DNA of 64,000 nt from Felis catus. Taxonomy: Eukaryota. The notes below the pieces were generated by a model. The model was not told where the DNA came from. It was given only the letters and a program-made list of their open reading frames with translations, and made no database searches. Positions 1 to 12,847 of this stretch are shown piece by piece. A program made the translations under genes and the position numbers. The stretch's first letter is position 1. Each line of letters begins with the position of its first letter. The stretch is from the NCBI RefSeq assembly GCF_018350175.1, contig NC_058368.1:207702001-207766000 (forward strand), given 5' to 3'.

Positions 1-83
1 TGCAATGCAAGGAATAGCTTTAAATGCAGAAAAACTCTATGCATGAAAGGGTCAGAAAAAATATTTAAAAGTTTAAAAATTTT

Positions 84-182
84 GGAGGGCACCTGTTGGG
101 ATGAGCACGGGGTGTTGTATGGAAACCAATTTGACAGTAAATTTCATATTAAAATAAATAAATAAATAAATAAATAAATAAG
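84..182 (+). mobile_element. Extremely 5'-truncated cat-type L1 3' end with (TAAA)n tail
   Basis: GAGGGCACCTGTTGGGATGAGCAC.GGGTGTTGTATGGAAACCAATTTGACA.TAAATTTCATATT; TSD AGTTTAAAAATTTT at 70-83 and 183-196. Confidence 0.85.
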
Positions 183-557
183 AGTTTAAAAATTTTAAAA
201 AGTATGAAGTAAGTTATGATTAATATACCAGCCTGAATATTTACATGATGACTATGATATTAATGTGCGGAAATTCTCATGACACAATAGAAAGAGAAGG
301 AAGAAGCCTGCTTCATGTGGGATAGGACTTATACCCATATCAAAAAATTATGTAAATAAAAGAAATTAACTAAACGGCCAATAGTGGCTGATTGAGGTGA
401 TGAGCCTAAGTGAACCTGTTTTCTTTTCTCTGCTTTTTCATAAGAGGAAATTATCCTAGTACTTGTCATGTGGCCCTTTCCCCAGGGCGCAAGCCTCAGA
501 CCAACCTTGCCACGCTGTCCTGAGATTCTTGTCTTTAGCAACTAATCCCATCTAAAG

Positions 558-716
558 CAATGGTCTTCAGTTTCAATGTACATACACATCACATCGGAAT
601 CTTGTCAAAAACGCAGATTCTAATTCAGTAAGTCTGAGATGAGGTGTAACATTCTGCATTTTACCAAGTTGCCAGGTAATTGATGCTGAGGTTCACGGAA
701 CACTCTTGAGTAACAA
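558..716. mobile_element. MER5A-like hAT-Charlie MITE
   Basis: CAGATTCTAATTCAGTAAGTCTG...TTCTGCATTTTACCAAGTTGCCAGGT...GATGCTG resembles the MER5A consensus. Confidence 0.65.
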
Positions 717-846
717 AGGTGTAAATGACCTCATCAACAACTTGTATAGATGTAGATGAGCAAGAAGATATGGCACCAGAAACAGAAATTTGAAAGAGAC
801 CCTTAACTTCCTAGAAGCCAGTGGACCTTAAGAATGAAGAAAATAG

Positions 847-1050
847 GGATGCCTGGGTGGCTCAGTCAGTTAAACGTCAGACTTGGGCTCAGGTCATGAT
901 CTCGTGATTTGTGAGTTCAAGCCCCACGTCGGGCTCTGTGCTGATAACGCGGAGCCTGCTTCTGATTCTGTGTCTCCCTCTCTCTCTGCCCCTCCCCTGC
1001 TCTCACTCTGTCTGTCTCTGTCTCAAAAATAAATAAACATTTAGAAAAAA
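847..1050 (+). mobile_element. CAN-SINE
   Basis: tRNA-like head, (CT)n, A tail; TSD AAGAATGAAGAAAATAG at 830-846 and 1051-1067. Confidence 0.95.
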
Positions 1051-1425
1051 AAGAATGAAGAAAATAGTAACTACTCAGGGATGATTTTGTAATCTATCAC
1101 TTCCTATTTGGATATTATTAATTCTGAATACTGCTATGAATACTGGAGGGCTACTACCCTCTTAGAATTTATCATCAGTTAAAAACGAGAAGTGGAAAGA
1201 TTGCATGAAGTACTGATAGACAACAATCAAGGGTTCCATGTAACTTTTATCATTTTTTTCTGGTGCAATACCAAGTGCACTTTACAATTCCTAAGCTCAC
1301 TGATAACTAATTCAAGTCTTAGGTGATTTGGGGTCCATCCCAAACAGAATGGAAACCTGCTGATTAAACCAGTAGCGCTTGTGTACCTGTTGCTTTTTAT
1401 TTAAACACTTTCTTTGGCTGGGCTT

Positions 1426-1850
1426 TGTCTTAGCTTGGCTTCCCCATTTAGGAGGTGATTCTGGGAAAAAATCATGCGCAAGTGGAAAAGTGGACAGGAA
1501 GAGAAAGGCAGTCAACAAAGCCTTGTTAAGGAAAAGGTTGCCACTTGAATAACTGGAGCTTATTCCAGTTAGGAACTCAGAGTAGCAGTGTTATCCCACC
1601 CAGTGGGAAATAAATCGCGATGCTTCTACATCAACTCCTGTCCATGTGAAGTTGAAGCCTAACTCCTGGGCAGGTGGTGAGCCACTCAGGATACTGGGCA
1701 AGCTGACAAAGAGCTTTGGAAGCCAAAGAAAAGAGATCTGTTTAAAAAAAAAAAAAATGCAAGTGATGTCAGTTGAAAGTTGAGTGAAGCAAAGTCACTG
1801 GTGTGGTGAGGGTGAAGGTCTATGGGCAAGACCACCTGGAGCATCTATTG
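1426..1850. mobile_element. Old MaLR LTR (MLT1I/J-like)
   Basis: Starts TGTCTTAG; GGAGGTGATTCTGGGAA...GACAGGAAGAGAAAGGCAGTCAACAAAG...AACTGGAGCTTATTCC. Confidence 0.6.
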
Positions 1851-2354
1851 TTACCTTTCATGTTAAGCATTATTCCAAATTTTAATTATCATATCTGTTT
1901 AATTTCACTTTTATTTTGCCAAATCTCCTGCTTTTCTTAATTTCTCTAAACCTCCTGCTTATTCCTTCCTTGAACTGGATCCTTGATGTTCTTAATTTCC
2001 CTAATTTCTGATCCATTCTTCATGTACGTCTATAGGATTTGGGATAATTGTGTAGATTTAACCCTTCTTCATCTAGATTATTGCAATAGCCTTTCAAATG
2101 ATATGTCTACCTTACTGTTACTCTCATCCAATCCACCTGCCACACTGTTGTTCAAATATTATTTTTAAAAACACAAAGTCTTTAGGCTAATACATAAAAC
2201 TCTTTAGATCTGTCTTCAGGCTCATCAACTATTCTCCATCTGCAACTGACACTCCAAAAATATATATCACTTCCTTGTCATTCCCTGAATATGCCATGCT
2301 ATTTTATCTTTCCGTGCTATTTCATTCTACTTCCAATGCCCGTAACTGTCTATT

Positions 2355-2632
2355 TTTTTATTTTGAAAGAGAAACTATTTATCTTGAACTATTAATAACT
2401 ATTAATAACTATTTTGAACTATTAATAACTATAAATAAAACTATTTATTTTGAAAGAGAGAGAGATCATGCAAGTGGGAGAGGGGCAGAGTGAGAGGGAG
2501 AGAGAATCCCAAGCAGGCCCCACACTCAGCGCGCAGCCGAACACGGGGCTCGATCTCCCATAGCGTGAGATTGCGATCTGAGCTGAAATCAAGAGTCAAA
2601 TGCATAACCGACTGAGCCATCCAGGTGCCTCC
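2355..2632 (-). mobile_element. CAN-SINE with a 10-bp-period insert in its tail
   Basis: Reverse-complement head ...GACTGAGCCATCCAGGTGCCTC and GA tract. Confidence 0.9.
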
Positions 2633-5351
2633 CTACTTGTCTATTAACAACAATCCATTTGTCATCTAAAATTGGGAGCACATCCACTCCCTGCTCCCCA
2701 GTCACCAATCACAGTTCATCTCTCCTCTGTCCCATGCTATGGCTTTTGTCCCTGTAATTGTCCTTACCGTTTTACCAATCTATTATTCTTATTAGCCTCT
2801 CAGCTTGAGAGTAGCATCACTGAAATGTTCTCAACATTGTATTGCCAGTACATCTCCTGGTGTCTGGCACCTTGCTCAGGGCTGGCTTACTAAATTGAAT
2901 GTAACAATTTGGAGATTGCAGTTGGAAAACCAGATGAAAGTCTGACATATAAGCACACACAGGAAGAAGTCTATGGAATAGTTTCACTTGTTAGAAGACA
3001 GAAGTTCTCCATCTTAACTTTAGTGATGTGGTTTGCTTGTTATGTATCATTTAGGAGATTTTAAATCTTTCAGTTCCTTGTTTCTACATCTGACCGCCAT
3101 AAAGGCATTTGCAATCCAACACCATGGTAACCCTAACATTTTCCTTACTTTCCATTCTTCAATCCATCAGAGAAAAGAAAGCATAGTTTACTTCAACTTA
3201 TTTTGTAATGGTAGAAATTAGAGGCGAAAGCATGAACAATAATCTCTTCCCATTGTGGAGTGGAGTACAAGCCACTTTCACAAGCATTATCACATTTGAT
3301 CAGTTCACTCACTGACTTATGGAAACACATATCGCAGAGGTGTTGAGATCTTAAATATGTATTTCTGGCACATTCCCAAATGTTTAGAATTTCTCACTAA
3401 TATTTGCATATATTCCACAACTCAATGTCTCATAAGCTGTGGGTTTTTCCACTTCCTGTCACCAGAGAAAAATTTTCTATAAAAAGTGTGGAAGGAGACA
3501 TGAACTGAATTATTTGTGGTTAAAATGTTCTCCATTTCCTTTGGGCATCTAAGAAAGGGGAATTTCAAAGAGAGTTTGGATTTTCTCAAATCCAGTTGAT
3601 CATTTCTTTCCTTAAGTTATTTTGTTTTCAGTTTAATATAAAACATGCTCACTGAAGAAAATTTTTTTAATTCAGAAATTTTAAAAGTCTACTGATTTGA
3701 AGCCCTAGAAATAGAGACAGAGAGAAAGAAGAGAGGGAGAGAGAACATTTCTATAACACAAGGCTAATAATTTATATCTAGTCTTATACGCAGTGTTTTA
3801 TTTTTTTCTGTCTGTTATATTATGACCATGTTTCCTTGAAGTCAGATATTATTCCATTTGCTGAGGTAAATCTATGCAACATGATTTTATTGTTTTTAAA
3901 CTGTGTGAAGCCAAGTTGAGTAAATTTAACTTTATATCTGGACTTGTTAGAACAAATGAAATAATTAAAAAAATATTACTTTTTTTGTTGCTTATTACTA
4001 AGTAAAAAATTTGGAAACATTAGAATGAAGATATTTTCTACTTTTCCAAAGATGATTTTGTATTTCTTTCATAATTTTATTCACAACAACCTTCTGGAAG
4101 GTGAGTCAATCCTGAGAACTGGCACATGTAAGGCATGGGTATTACTTTCTCAGTTAGCTCTAACCCACCGCATAATTCAGAACATTTGTTTCAAGCCACT
4201 GTTCTGCTTTATGAATGTGAAGTTTCCAAATAATAAATTCATATTTTGTGTGAGAATCCGTGGTACGCCAGCACCCACAGTAAACATGGCGACCATTCTA
4301 CGTGGTATGGAGCCGTGATGACTTTTTTGTTCATTTCCTTCATATTTTTCATTAATTTTCCTTATAATGGATGTACATGGAACATTTAAGCAAGGAGATC
4401 ATTTTTCTACTGCAAAAAAAAATTATTTCTAGGGACTATAACGGGGAGATTATATAAAATATAAAAATTCATGGTAAGTCACTTGTTTTTACACTGTCAT
4501 GAATCATGCTTTTAAGAGAATGAAGTTTTAGAGATTTTTAAAGGTACTAGACATCAAAACCTGTGCTCTATTAAAAGTCATTAACCCTGTAAAGATGCTA
4601 TACAATAGTAATTTTACAGCTAATGAGCCCCAAATTATCACATCACTTCAGAAAGCTAAAATAGAGGAATACAGTACATCCCACACCGCATCTCCTTGAT
4701 ACATGTTTCTGAGATAATGTTCACAATCAGTCATATTTATTTATCTCACACACACAAGCAACAGCAACAGCAGAGCATTCAACAAAAGAGAAAGCCATTC
4801 CTTAGAGCTCTCACACAGGCAAGATATAGGAGGAAATGTAATAGGGGCTTTAGAATCTAGAAGAATATGTATTTTATAATTAATTTTGTGAAGACAGGCT
4901 ATTAAGCCGTATATCATGAGTTACTAACTTTGGTCATGTGAAGGACTGTTTATTGCTTACTTATAAATTTTAGCATAAATGAGTTTTTGAAAGTAGATTA
5001 TCTAAAAGCACAGGAAAATAGAAAACTTTTAGATCCAAAAATGGTGATTATATTCTCTTTGTTTTGTTCTTTATTTCCTTTAATATTATAAAGACTAAAA
5101 AAAAAAAAACCAGAAATACATTCAATGCTGGAGTAAGTCCAACCTCTGGCAGCAGTTTATAATCTCTTAAACATTTTCCTAATTTTGTATCTTCTAATTT
5201 TAGTTCAGAGACTTTGCAAAGCCTGAACAGCTCACAATGAGATTACCTCCACTGTAAAAACTTCAGCTTATACATGTCATTATTTTTAAATTATTAATTT
5301 AAACATTAATATATCATGAGAACACATTATTGTATTCTTTTATTTCCCAAT

Positions 5352-5574
5352 TTTTAAAAAAATTTTAGTGTTTATTTACTTATTTTGGGGAGAGACAGAG
5401 AGTGTGAGCAGGGGAGGGGCAGAGAGAGACGGAGAGGGAGAACCCCCGAGCAGGCTTTGTGCTGTCAGCACAGAGCCCAATGGGGGGTGGCTCAGAGTCA
5501 TGAAGCTATGAGATCATCACCTGAGCCAAAACCAAGAGTTGGATGTTTACTCAACCGAGCCACCCAGGCGCCCC
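5352..5574 (-). mobile_element. CAN-SINE
   Basis: Ends ...GAGCCACCCAGGCGCCCC; GA tract and T tail. Confidence 0.92.
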
Positions 5575-6186
5575 TATTTCTCGCTCTATTCTAAGGAAAA
5601 AAATTCAAACATAAGCAGAACCACCAATTTTAACTAGTGGGGAGTTTGTGACCATTACTGTCTATAGAGCACTATTCACATTTTATTTTAGCCCCAAACA
5701 TCAGTACAGGTAAAGACAGATTTCAGCTATTGGGACCTTGACACAAAATCCACAATTTCTTCTAAAAACTTGTTATCTGCACAGATTTTCTCTTTTGAGA
5801 GACACATGTAGATTGAATTTGTTAGAGACAAGCTTATTCCCCTTTAAAAATGGTGTTAAATTATGATATATACCTTAATTTTTTTTAGAAGTCTGTTAAC
5901 ATGAAATCGATAAAAGAACTGTGATATAAAAGACAACCAAGGATATTAATTTTAGATGTTCTTACATTAATAATTTTTGCCACTTTTGCTTTAACTGAAA
6001 TAAAAAAGGAAGGTATAACAAGGTCTGACTTTTCATACTCTGAGGAAAATATTACATTATTGCTCTTTTGTCATTTTGACATATGCTATGTTATTTCCAT
6101 ACTACAGGAATTCAAAGAGAACTTTGATTTTTCCTTTTCCAAATAGGATTTTAATAAAGTTTTCATTAAAAAGTGGTGACTTTCTT

Positions 6187-6415
6187 GGGGCGCCCAGGGG
6201 GCTCAGTGGATTGAGCGTCCAACTTCAGCTCAGGTGATGATCTCGTGGTTGTTGGGTTCAAGCCCCATGTCGGGCTCTGTGCTGACAGCTCAGAGCTTGC
6301 TTTGGATTCTCTACCCGCCTCTCTCTCTGCCCCTCCCCTACTCATGGGCACATGCCCTCCCTCTTTCTCTCTCTCTCTGTCATAAAAATAAATAAGCATT
6401 AAAAAAATATTTCTT
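6187..6415 (+). mobile_element. CAN-SINE
   Basis: GGGGCGCC head; TSD AAGTGGTGA(C/A)TTTCTT. Confidence 0.92.
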
Positions 6416-6935
6416 AAAGAAGTGGTGAATTTCTTGATAAAATATTTCAATGGAGTTCTTTTTACCCTGGAATATTTCAAGGAAAAATTCATTTTCTTAA
6501 GTTTTAATCTAGAGTTTCACTTGTATGATCCCAGCTTTTTTAAAAAATGTTTTTGCATGTTAAGTCAATGGCGATATGACATCAGTGTGTCTAAGTAAGT
6601 TTATTATCATTTGTATTAATCTTTGTCTATGAGTTTCCTGCTTTATAATTTTTTACACATTTACTCTAATAAAACTTATATCTAAAGTGGACCAAGCCCA
6701 ATAGATTGATTCAGTGAAAGAATTTAGAGGCTATATTGACAAGGCAGTAAATGGTACTAATCTCAAGCATACAGTAGTGTTTAGGTGCCAGTCCAAAACT
6801 ATGAATTCCAAATGTTAGTAATACTAATTAAATGTCAGCAGACATTTTTTTTTTCAGGAAAAATCGTTTATATTTTTTCTTAGGATTATTTTGCACAATA
6901 GAGGCGCAGATAAGGTACTCAAAAAAAATCTTTGC

Positions 6936-7160
6936 GGGGCGCCTGGGTGGTGCAGTCGGTTAAGCGTCCGACTTCAGCCAGGTCACGATCTCGCGGTCTG
7001 GGAGTTCGAGCCCCGCGTCAGGCTCTGGACCGATGGCTCCGAGCCTGGAGCCCATTTCCGATTCTGTGTCTCCCCCTCTCTCTGCCCCTCCCCCGTTCAT
7101 GCTCTGTCTCTCTCTGTCCCAAAAATAAATAAACGTTAAAAAAAAAAAATTTTTTTTTTA
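6936..7160 (+). mobile_element. Young felid CAN-SINE (SINEC_Fc type)
   Basis: CpG-rich near-consensus body; TSD AAAAAAAATCTTTGC at 6921-6935 and 7161-7175. Confidence 0.97.
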
Positions 7161-7288
7161 AAAAAAAATCTTTGCTTTCTTGCATAAAATGGGTCTATTT
7201 TCTGTTTAACAGGGAATCACTAGACTGCCTGGTATGTGTTCTTCTAATAATGATTTGTTTCAAAAACAAAATTAAATTTAAGAAAGGG

Positions 7289-7474
7289 AGGTGTGCCTGA
7301 ATGGCTCAGTCGAGTTTCTGACTCTTGATTTCGGCTCAGGTCCTGATCTCAGATCATGGGATCAAGCCCTGTGTCAGGCTCTGCAAAGGGTGTAGAGACT
7401 TTTTAAGATTCTCTCTCTTTCTACCACTCTGGCTTTCTCACTGACTCTCTATAAAAAATTAGTTTAATTTAAAA
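7289..7474 (+). mobile_element. Older CAN-SINE
   Basis: TGGCTCAGTC...GACTCTTGATTTCGGCTCAGG. Confidence 0.85.
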
Positions 7475-8096
7475 AATAATGACTTGATTCACGAAAGATG
7501 AAAAGGCATGGTCAAATGGCAAAAGCAGCGGTGGAAAATCTTCCACACTGGGCATACAAACCATTCCATCCTCCCCCAAGTAATCACCAGATTGCTGAGC
7601 TGAAAAGGGAGTTGAACACGGTTTTGACTCTGCTCAACCTAATCACATTTTATAAGTTAAGGTTCTGATCGGTGGTATTTGGAATACCTATTTATGAACT
7701 ACTTTTGTATTTGGAGAAACTGCATATTCTTCACAAGACTGGGGCACATGGATAACACCTCGAAGAAATAGGGTAAAATGTGGAAGAGGCTTGTGTGCCA
7801 ACTTGCAGTAACTTTAAGATAGTTTGTTTCTCTTTAAGGGGAAAGAGTGTAAATGGAGGAAAAGAGAGGTGTAGGAGAGAGAGAGAAAAGTTAGAAAAGG
7901 AGAAGAAAGGAAGGAGAGAAAAGTGGACACAAGTAAGAAAAATAGGTCATATTTGGAGATAGATCTAATTATTCAGTATATCAGATCACATTACATCATA
8001 TTAGTTATTCCATTCTTTTTCACTTTCTTAAAAGAAACAGTAAAGATTTTTCAATGCTGTACTATTAATAAAATTTACTTTTCTTTTTTTTCACAG

Positions 8097-8130
8097 ATGG
8101 TTATGTTCTTCGGAGTTACTTGGTGGATAA
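8097..8130 (+). CDS. FYB1: FYB1 (ADAP) internal coding exon, 34 nt: (Y)GYVLRSYLVD(N), end of the C-terminal hSH3 domain
   Basis: Pyrimidine tract + CACAG acceptor (AG 8095-8096), GTAAG donor at 8131. Translation matches the FYB1 C-terminus as I recall it, and the phase joins the next two exons. Confidence 0.95.
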
Positions 8131-9488
8131 GTAAGCTCATTTCCCTCTACTACTATACTTATAAAAAGAATGCTATGCTCTTCTTTAAGAAAGATTCCTA
8201 ATATCATTTAAATAATACAACCTACTAAACTATCATAAATAAATTTTGAAACAATATGCTATACTAATGTCAATATCGTAATACCTAATAAAGTTAAGGT
8301 TTTCATAAAGTGTTACTCTTCTAAATAGACAAGAACCCTTCTCATTCATGAGTATACAGTTCACATTCATTGGAGACAGACACGGCAAACATTGGAGACA
8401 GATCAAAACCACTAACACTTTCATAAGTATTTTGCCTTTCACTTATTGATTAATGCAGTTGGTTGAATTGAATTAATCAGGGACCAATTAGTATCTACAC
8501 AATAGGTGCTAATGTCACCTGTTAGTAATTTGGCCCCCAATTGAGGGCTTTTCTTTACTCACACTAGGCATAGTAGAGTATTAAGTTGTCTTTTTGGAAG
8601 CATGCCCAAAAAAAGATAGTCATCAATGTTTCTTCTATTCCTATGAATAAGATGTTGTCACAGCCTGTTACCAGTGTGCTGTTAGAGTCCCCCCTCAAAC
8701 GTTATAAGATACTGTTCCAAGCATATCAGTGCAAGAAATGACCTCCATTATCAGGTCATATGCCAACATAAAGATTTACAGAATTCTGCATTATAATAAA
8801 GTCAAGGAAGGTTCACAAAGTATATCCATAAACAACCGACACTAATCAGAAAGAGGCAAATCAATGCCAAATGCTTTGTCAGAAAACTAGTAAAGAGTCA
8901 AAAGAAAGATAATCATAATATATTTATTTTTCTCAGAACCTTAATCACTATGGTAGGCAAGGGACTTTTCTATTTTATGAAAGATACAAATTTCAAGAAA
9001 GAATATGTGGCAAACCATAGGACCACATCTTCATCAGTGATTATTACAGGATGATTAAGAGAGAATTTAGAAAGTATACTCTAAGTAATTATTGGTTCAC
9101 CATCTATTGAAGTGAATTGATACTTAATGTTTATTGAATGAATGATAGGAAAATCTGTCCTCTTTGCATTTATATCAGATTTCCAAGAGCCAAACTCTCC
9201 CTCAGTCTCAGAGGATCCAAACAGAAGGCATAGGCAACTCATAGCATCTGCCATAGTAGCCCCAACTTGGAGGGCCTGCTGCTGCTTCCATGATAAAAGC
9301 ACAGAGGCAGTACAGGAACCCAAAGCGGGTCTGGTCTGACAGTCACCTTGTGTTTCTGAACTTTGAAACTGTATCCTACAGTTCAAGGCTATATTAGCAT
9401 TTATAACACTTTCTATATTAATTACTTATATATCGTTATTTCCTCCATTAGACTATAAGCTTCTTGAAATCAAAGCTTGTATCTCATA

Positions 9489-9698
9489 TTTATTTTATCT
9501 TTATTTTTTAAGCTTATTTTTGAGAGAGAGAGAGCAAACAAGGAGGGGAGGGGCAGAGAGGGGGACAGAGGATCTGAAGCAGGCTCTGTGCTGACAGCAG
9601 CAAGCCCAATGTGGGCTTGAACTCACGAACTGTGAGATCATGGCCTGAACTGAAATCAAGAGGCGGACACTTAACCAACTGAGCCACCCAGGCACCCC
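9489..9698 (-). mobile_element. CAN-SINE inserted in an L2 3' fragment
   Basis: SINE body on the minus strand; upstream CCATTAGACTATAAGCTTCTTGA is L2-like. Confidence 0.92.
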
Positions 9699-9770
9699 TA
9701 TCTCACTCATACTACTTATACCTCCTGGTACATAGGAGGGATTCAGTAGGTATATAAAATAGAATATTTC

Positions 9771-9978
9771 GGGGCGCCTGGGTGGCTCAGTCGGTTAAGC
9801 ATCCGACTTCGGCTCAGGTCATGATCTCATGGTCCGTGAGTTTGAGCCCCGCGTCAGGCTCTGTGCTGACAGCCTGGAGCCTGCTTCAGATTTTGTGTCT
9901 CCCTCTCTCTCTGGCCCTCCCCCATTCATGCTCTGTCTCTCTCTGTCTCAAAAATAAATAAACATTAAAAAAAATTTT
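9771..9978 (+). mobile_element. CAN-SINE
   Basis: TSD AAATAGAATATTTC on both sides. Confidence 0.95.
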
Positions 9979-10298
9979 TAAATAGAATATTTCACAAAGA
10001 TTCAGGACCAAGTAAAACCAAAATATGTAAAAGTCGCTAGAACTATTATTATGCATGTAACCTATAACTATAAATATTTTTAGAATTATATGACATAAGA
10101 ATCATCATAATAATCACATCTTGGCTACTCATTTTGTCACTAATATTTACATATCTTATAATTAATATTTACAAATTATAATTAGAAATATGCAAAAATG
10201 GTGCACCTACTTCCTATGCCAAATATATTCTATTTCATTCAACATTTGAAGTTCAAGTAAAAGTATAAATCTGATATTAACAAATATAAAGAATCCAC

Positions 10299-10404
10299 GG
10301 GGCACCTGGTTGGCTCAGTCAGAGGAGCATATGACTTGATCTCGAGATTGTGAGTTCAAACCCCATGTGGGGTGTAGGGATTACTTAAATAAATACATTT
10401 TTAA
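10299..10404 (+). mobile_element. Short CAN-SINE (no CT tract)
   Basis: GGGGCACCTGGTTGGCTCAG...GTGTAGGGATTACTTAAATAAA. Confidence 0.88.
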
Positions 10405-10834
10405 AAGAAATCCATTAGGGCCCCCAGTGGAGTATCATGCCATGATTTTTCAGCTTGTTCAGTTCAACAAACTTAATAAGCTCTTCTTACCAGATATAGC
10501 TGTGTGCTAGGCACATGGTTGGATCCAAAGATGATAAAGCATGGTATATGTTGTTGAGGCATGTTTCCATTATTTTGTGTGTCTATGATATGGAATAAGT
10601 TGTGGGTTTTTGGTTATTTTTAGAATAGAACAGAAGATTAGGCTAAGCCAATGAAAGACGATGTAGATGAATATGAAGTTTTTTCCCACTTATAAAAGCA
10701 TAACCTGTAACTTCTCAGCCTTAAATGCTTTATTGTGTCATATAAAATCATATGATTAACTTTTTAATCTAAATATTGCCTTAATGTTAAGACGATACCT
10801 TCTTTAAGATAAAAATTATTTTCTGCATTTACAG

Positions 10835-10866
10835 TGATGGAGAGATCTATGATGATATTGCTGATG
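10835..10866 (+). CDS. FYB1: FYB1 penultimate coding exon, 32 nt: (N)DGEIYDDIAD(G)
   Basis: TTTACAG acceptor, GTAAGT donor at 10867. AA|T completes Asn from the previous exon. Contains a YDDI tyrosine motif. Confidence 0.95.
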
Positions 10867-11642
10867 GTAAGTTTCACATGGCACCCACCGCAGAGAACAG
10901 TAACAGTGAATTCATTCTTACAAATACTAAAAATAGCTTGCTGGATAAATTAGAGCTTTCTAATCTGATCAGAATTTGAATCACTTGAAAACGTTAGGAA
11001 AGGTAAATGCCGTGGTATAATTTTAAAAAATTATCTTTGCACATGACTGAAAATCAAGCAAGAATCTTATTTATTTTCTTTGAAAACAGAAGTATGAAAA
11101 TAATTGGTGAGTATTCATTATACCATTAATCTTACTATGAATTACTTTCATACACAAAAATACGCATACTTGACCAATTAGTAGGTACTTATTTTATAAC
11201 CTATAATGCTCATTAATATTCTCTTAGCATCACATATTTATAAATTAAGATCTAAAAAATTAATCTCAACTGAAATGATACATGGAGTTAATCATGTGGT
11301 CTTTTAGTTTCCTTTTAAACATGATTCTTGCTGGATTTTAACATCTTTAATCTCAATTAGAATGACTACCAAAGAGTACATTTAACTAAATGCCAGATAA
11401 AATACTCCTGAGTCTAATTTTGATAAAGAGTAAATCTATCCAGAAACTCGGTTAGGATTGCATACCGAGCAATGAACATATAGGGTCTTCCATTTAACTA
11501 CTTTTTCATAAAGTGAGCCAGTTCTACATTTTTTAAATCCTAAATCAGAGGAGTGTGAATCACCCACATTTCTAACCTTGGAACACTTAGAAGATATGTG
11601 TTCTATATAACTACATTGAAATTCGTTTTTTTTTTTTTTCAG

Positions 11643-11665
11643 GTTGCATCTATGACAATGACTAG
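11643..11665 (+). CDS. FYB1: FYB1 last exon, coding part: (G)CIYDND*
   Basis: Long T tract + CAG acceptor; G|GT TGC ATC TAT GAC AAT GAC TAG, stop at 11663-11665. Confidence 0.95.
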
Positions 11666-12847
11666 GTCTCAGCTAGTGTTCATTTGACGTGTTCATTTGG
11701 CGCCAGTATGAAATCTGAGCTTTAGCTGACCTATTATTGGATATCACAGAAAATGAACTCAGAAACGACTTATTACCATTTGTTTTAAAATTCTGATTAT
11801 CTTTACAAAATTTTGAAACTTTGGACTTAGAAAATGATCTTAACATCTTGGAAGACTGTGTCAATGAGATGTAGAATTATTAAATATTCCATTTCTGCCT
11901 CAGCAACAATTATGAAGGCGCTTCTCTGAGACCATCAGTAGACCTCCCCTTCCTAAAAAAAAAAAAAGAAGAAGAAGAAATGACTGTGTTGTCTAAAGAA
12001 ACATGAGGACAAAGAATAAAGAAATATAAGGAAGGAAATTTTAAGACATTCCACAAGAAGGAAAACCATTGTTTGAACCACTAATTATGATTGTATCTTA
12101 TATTCTGCATTCAAAGTATCTATCTTTAAAAAGGTAGAATTTGCTGGGGGGGATAAATGTTTTCAAAAATTATAGCTGTAGCAGAATTTTTGTATAAAGA
12201 TTGCCCCTGATTGTTAATTGTGAATATATGTTAATTATTTGATAAGAATGTATGCATTTAGTATGCACATTTAAGATTAAAACTGTAGAAGAGTCAAAAA
12301 TAAGTTTTCTTTTTGCAGATTCATCCACTAACAGTTTAATTATGTGCTCTGTTTAAAGTACTGTTTTAACTAGAGTAGATATAAATGAGGGCTACCCTAA
12401 AATTATGAAGAATGGAAGAACGGACTTTGAAATTAATTAGACTTTTATGGTACCTCTTTACTACAAAGCCTCATTTGAAGGTTTTTGTTTTTCAATTACC
12501 TCTGTGGAACTGTTTTGTTTTTTTTTTTTTAACCACTTTACAGAAAAGTTGGCCTACTGTTTGGAATAGGGTGTTCCCTACTCATACATATTCATTCCCA
12601 AAGCATCTCCAAAACAAAACATGGGGCATTTGGGTTCCAAATGCTAAGAACACTAAACACCATGATACAAAATGCAAAACCCTAACACACAGGAAAATCC
12701 CATGTTAAGTAATTTTTTCACAACTTCCAAAATATGCAAATCATAATGCTGGCTTTACTAGTAATGAATGGTGATGTGAGATTGGGTAATTTATTTATCT
12801 CCCCCTGCCCCGTTTGCTCATCTGGAAATTATAGAATTAGATTAAAT

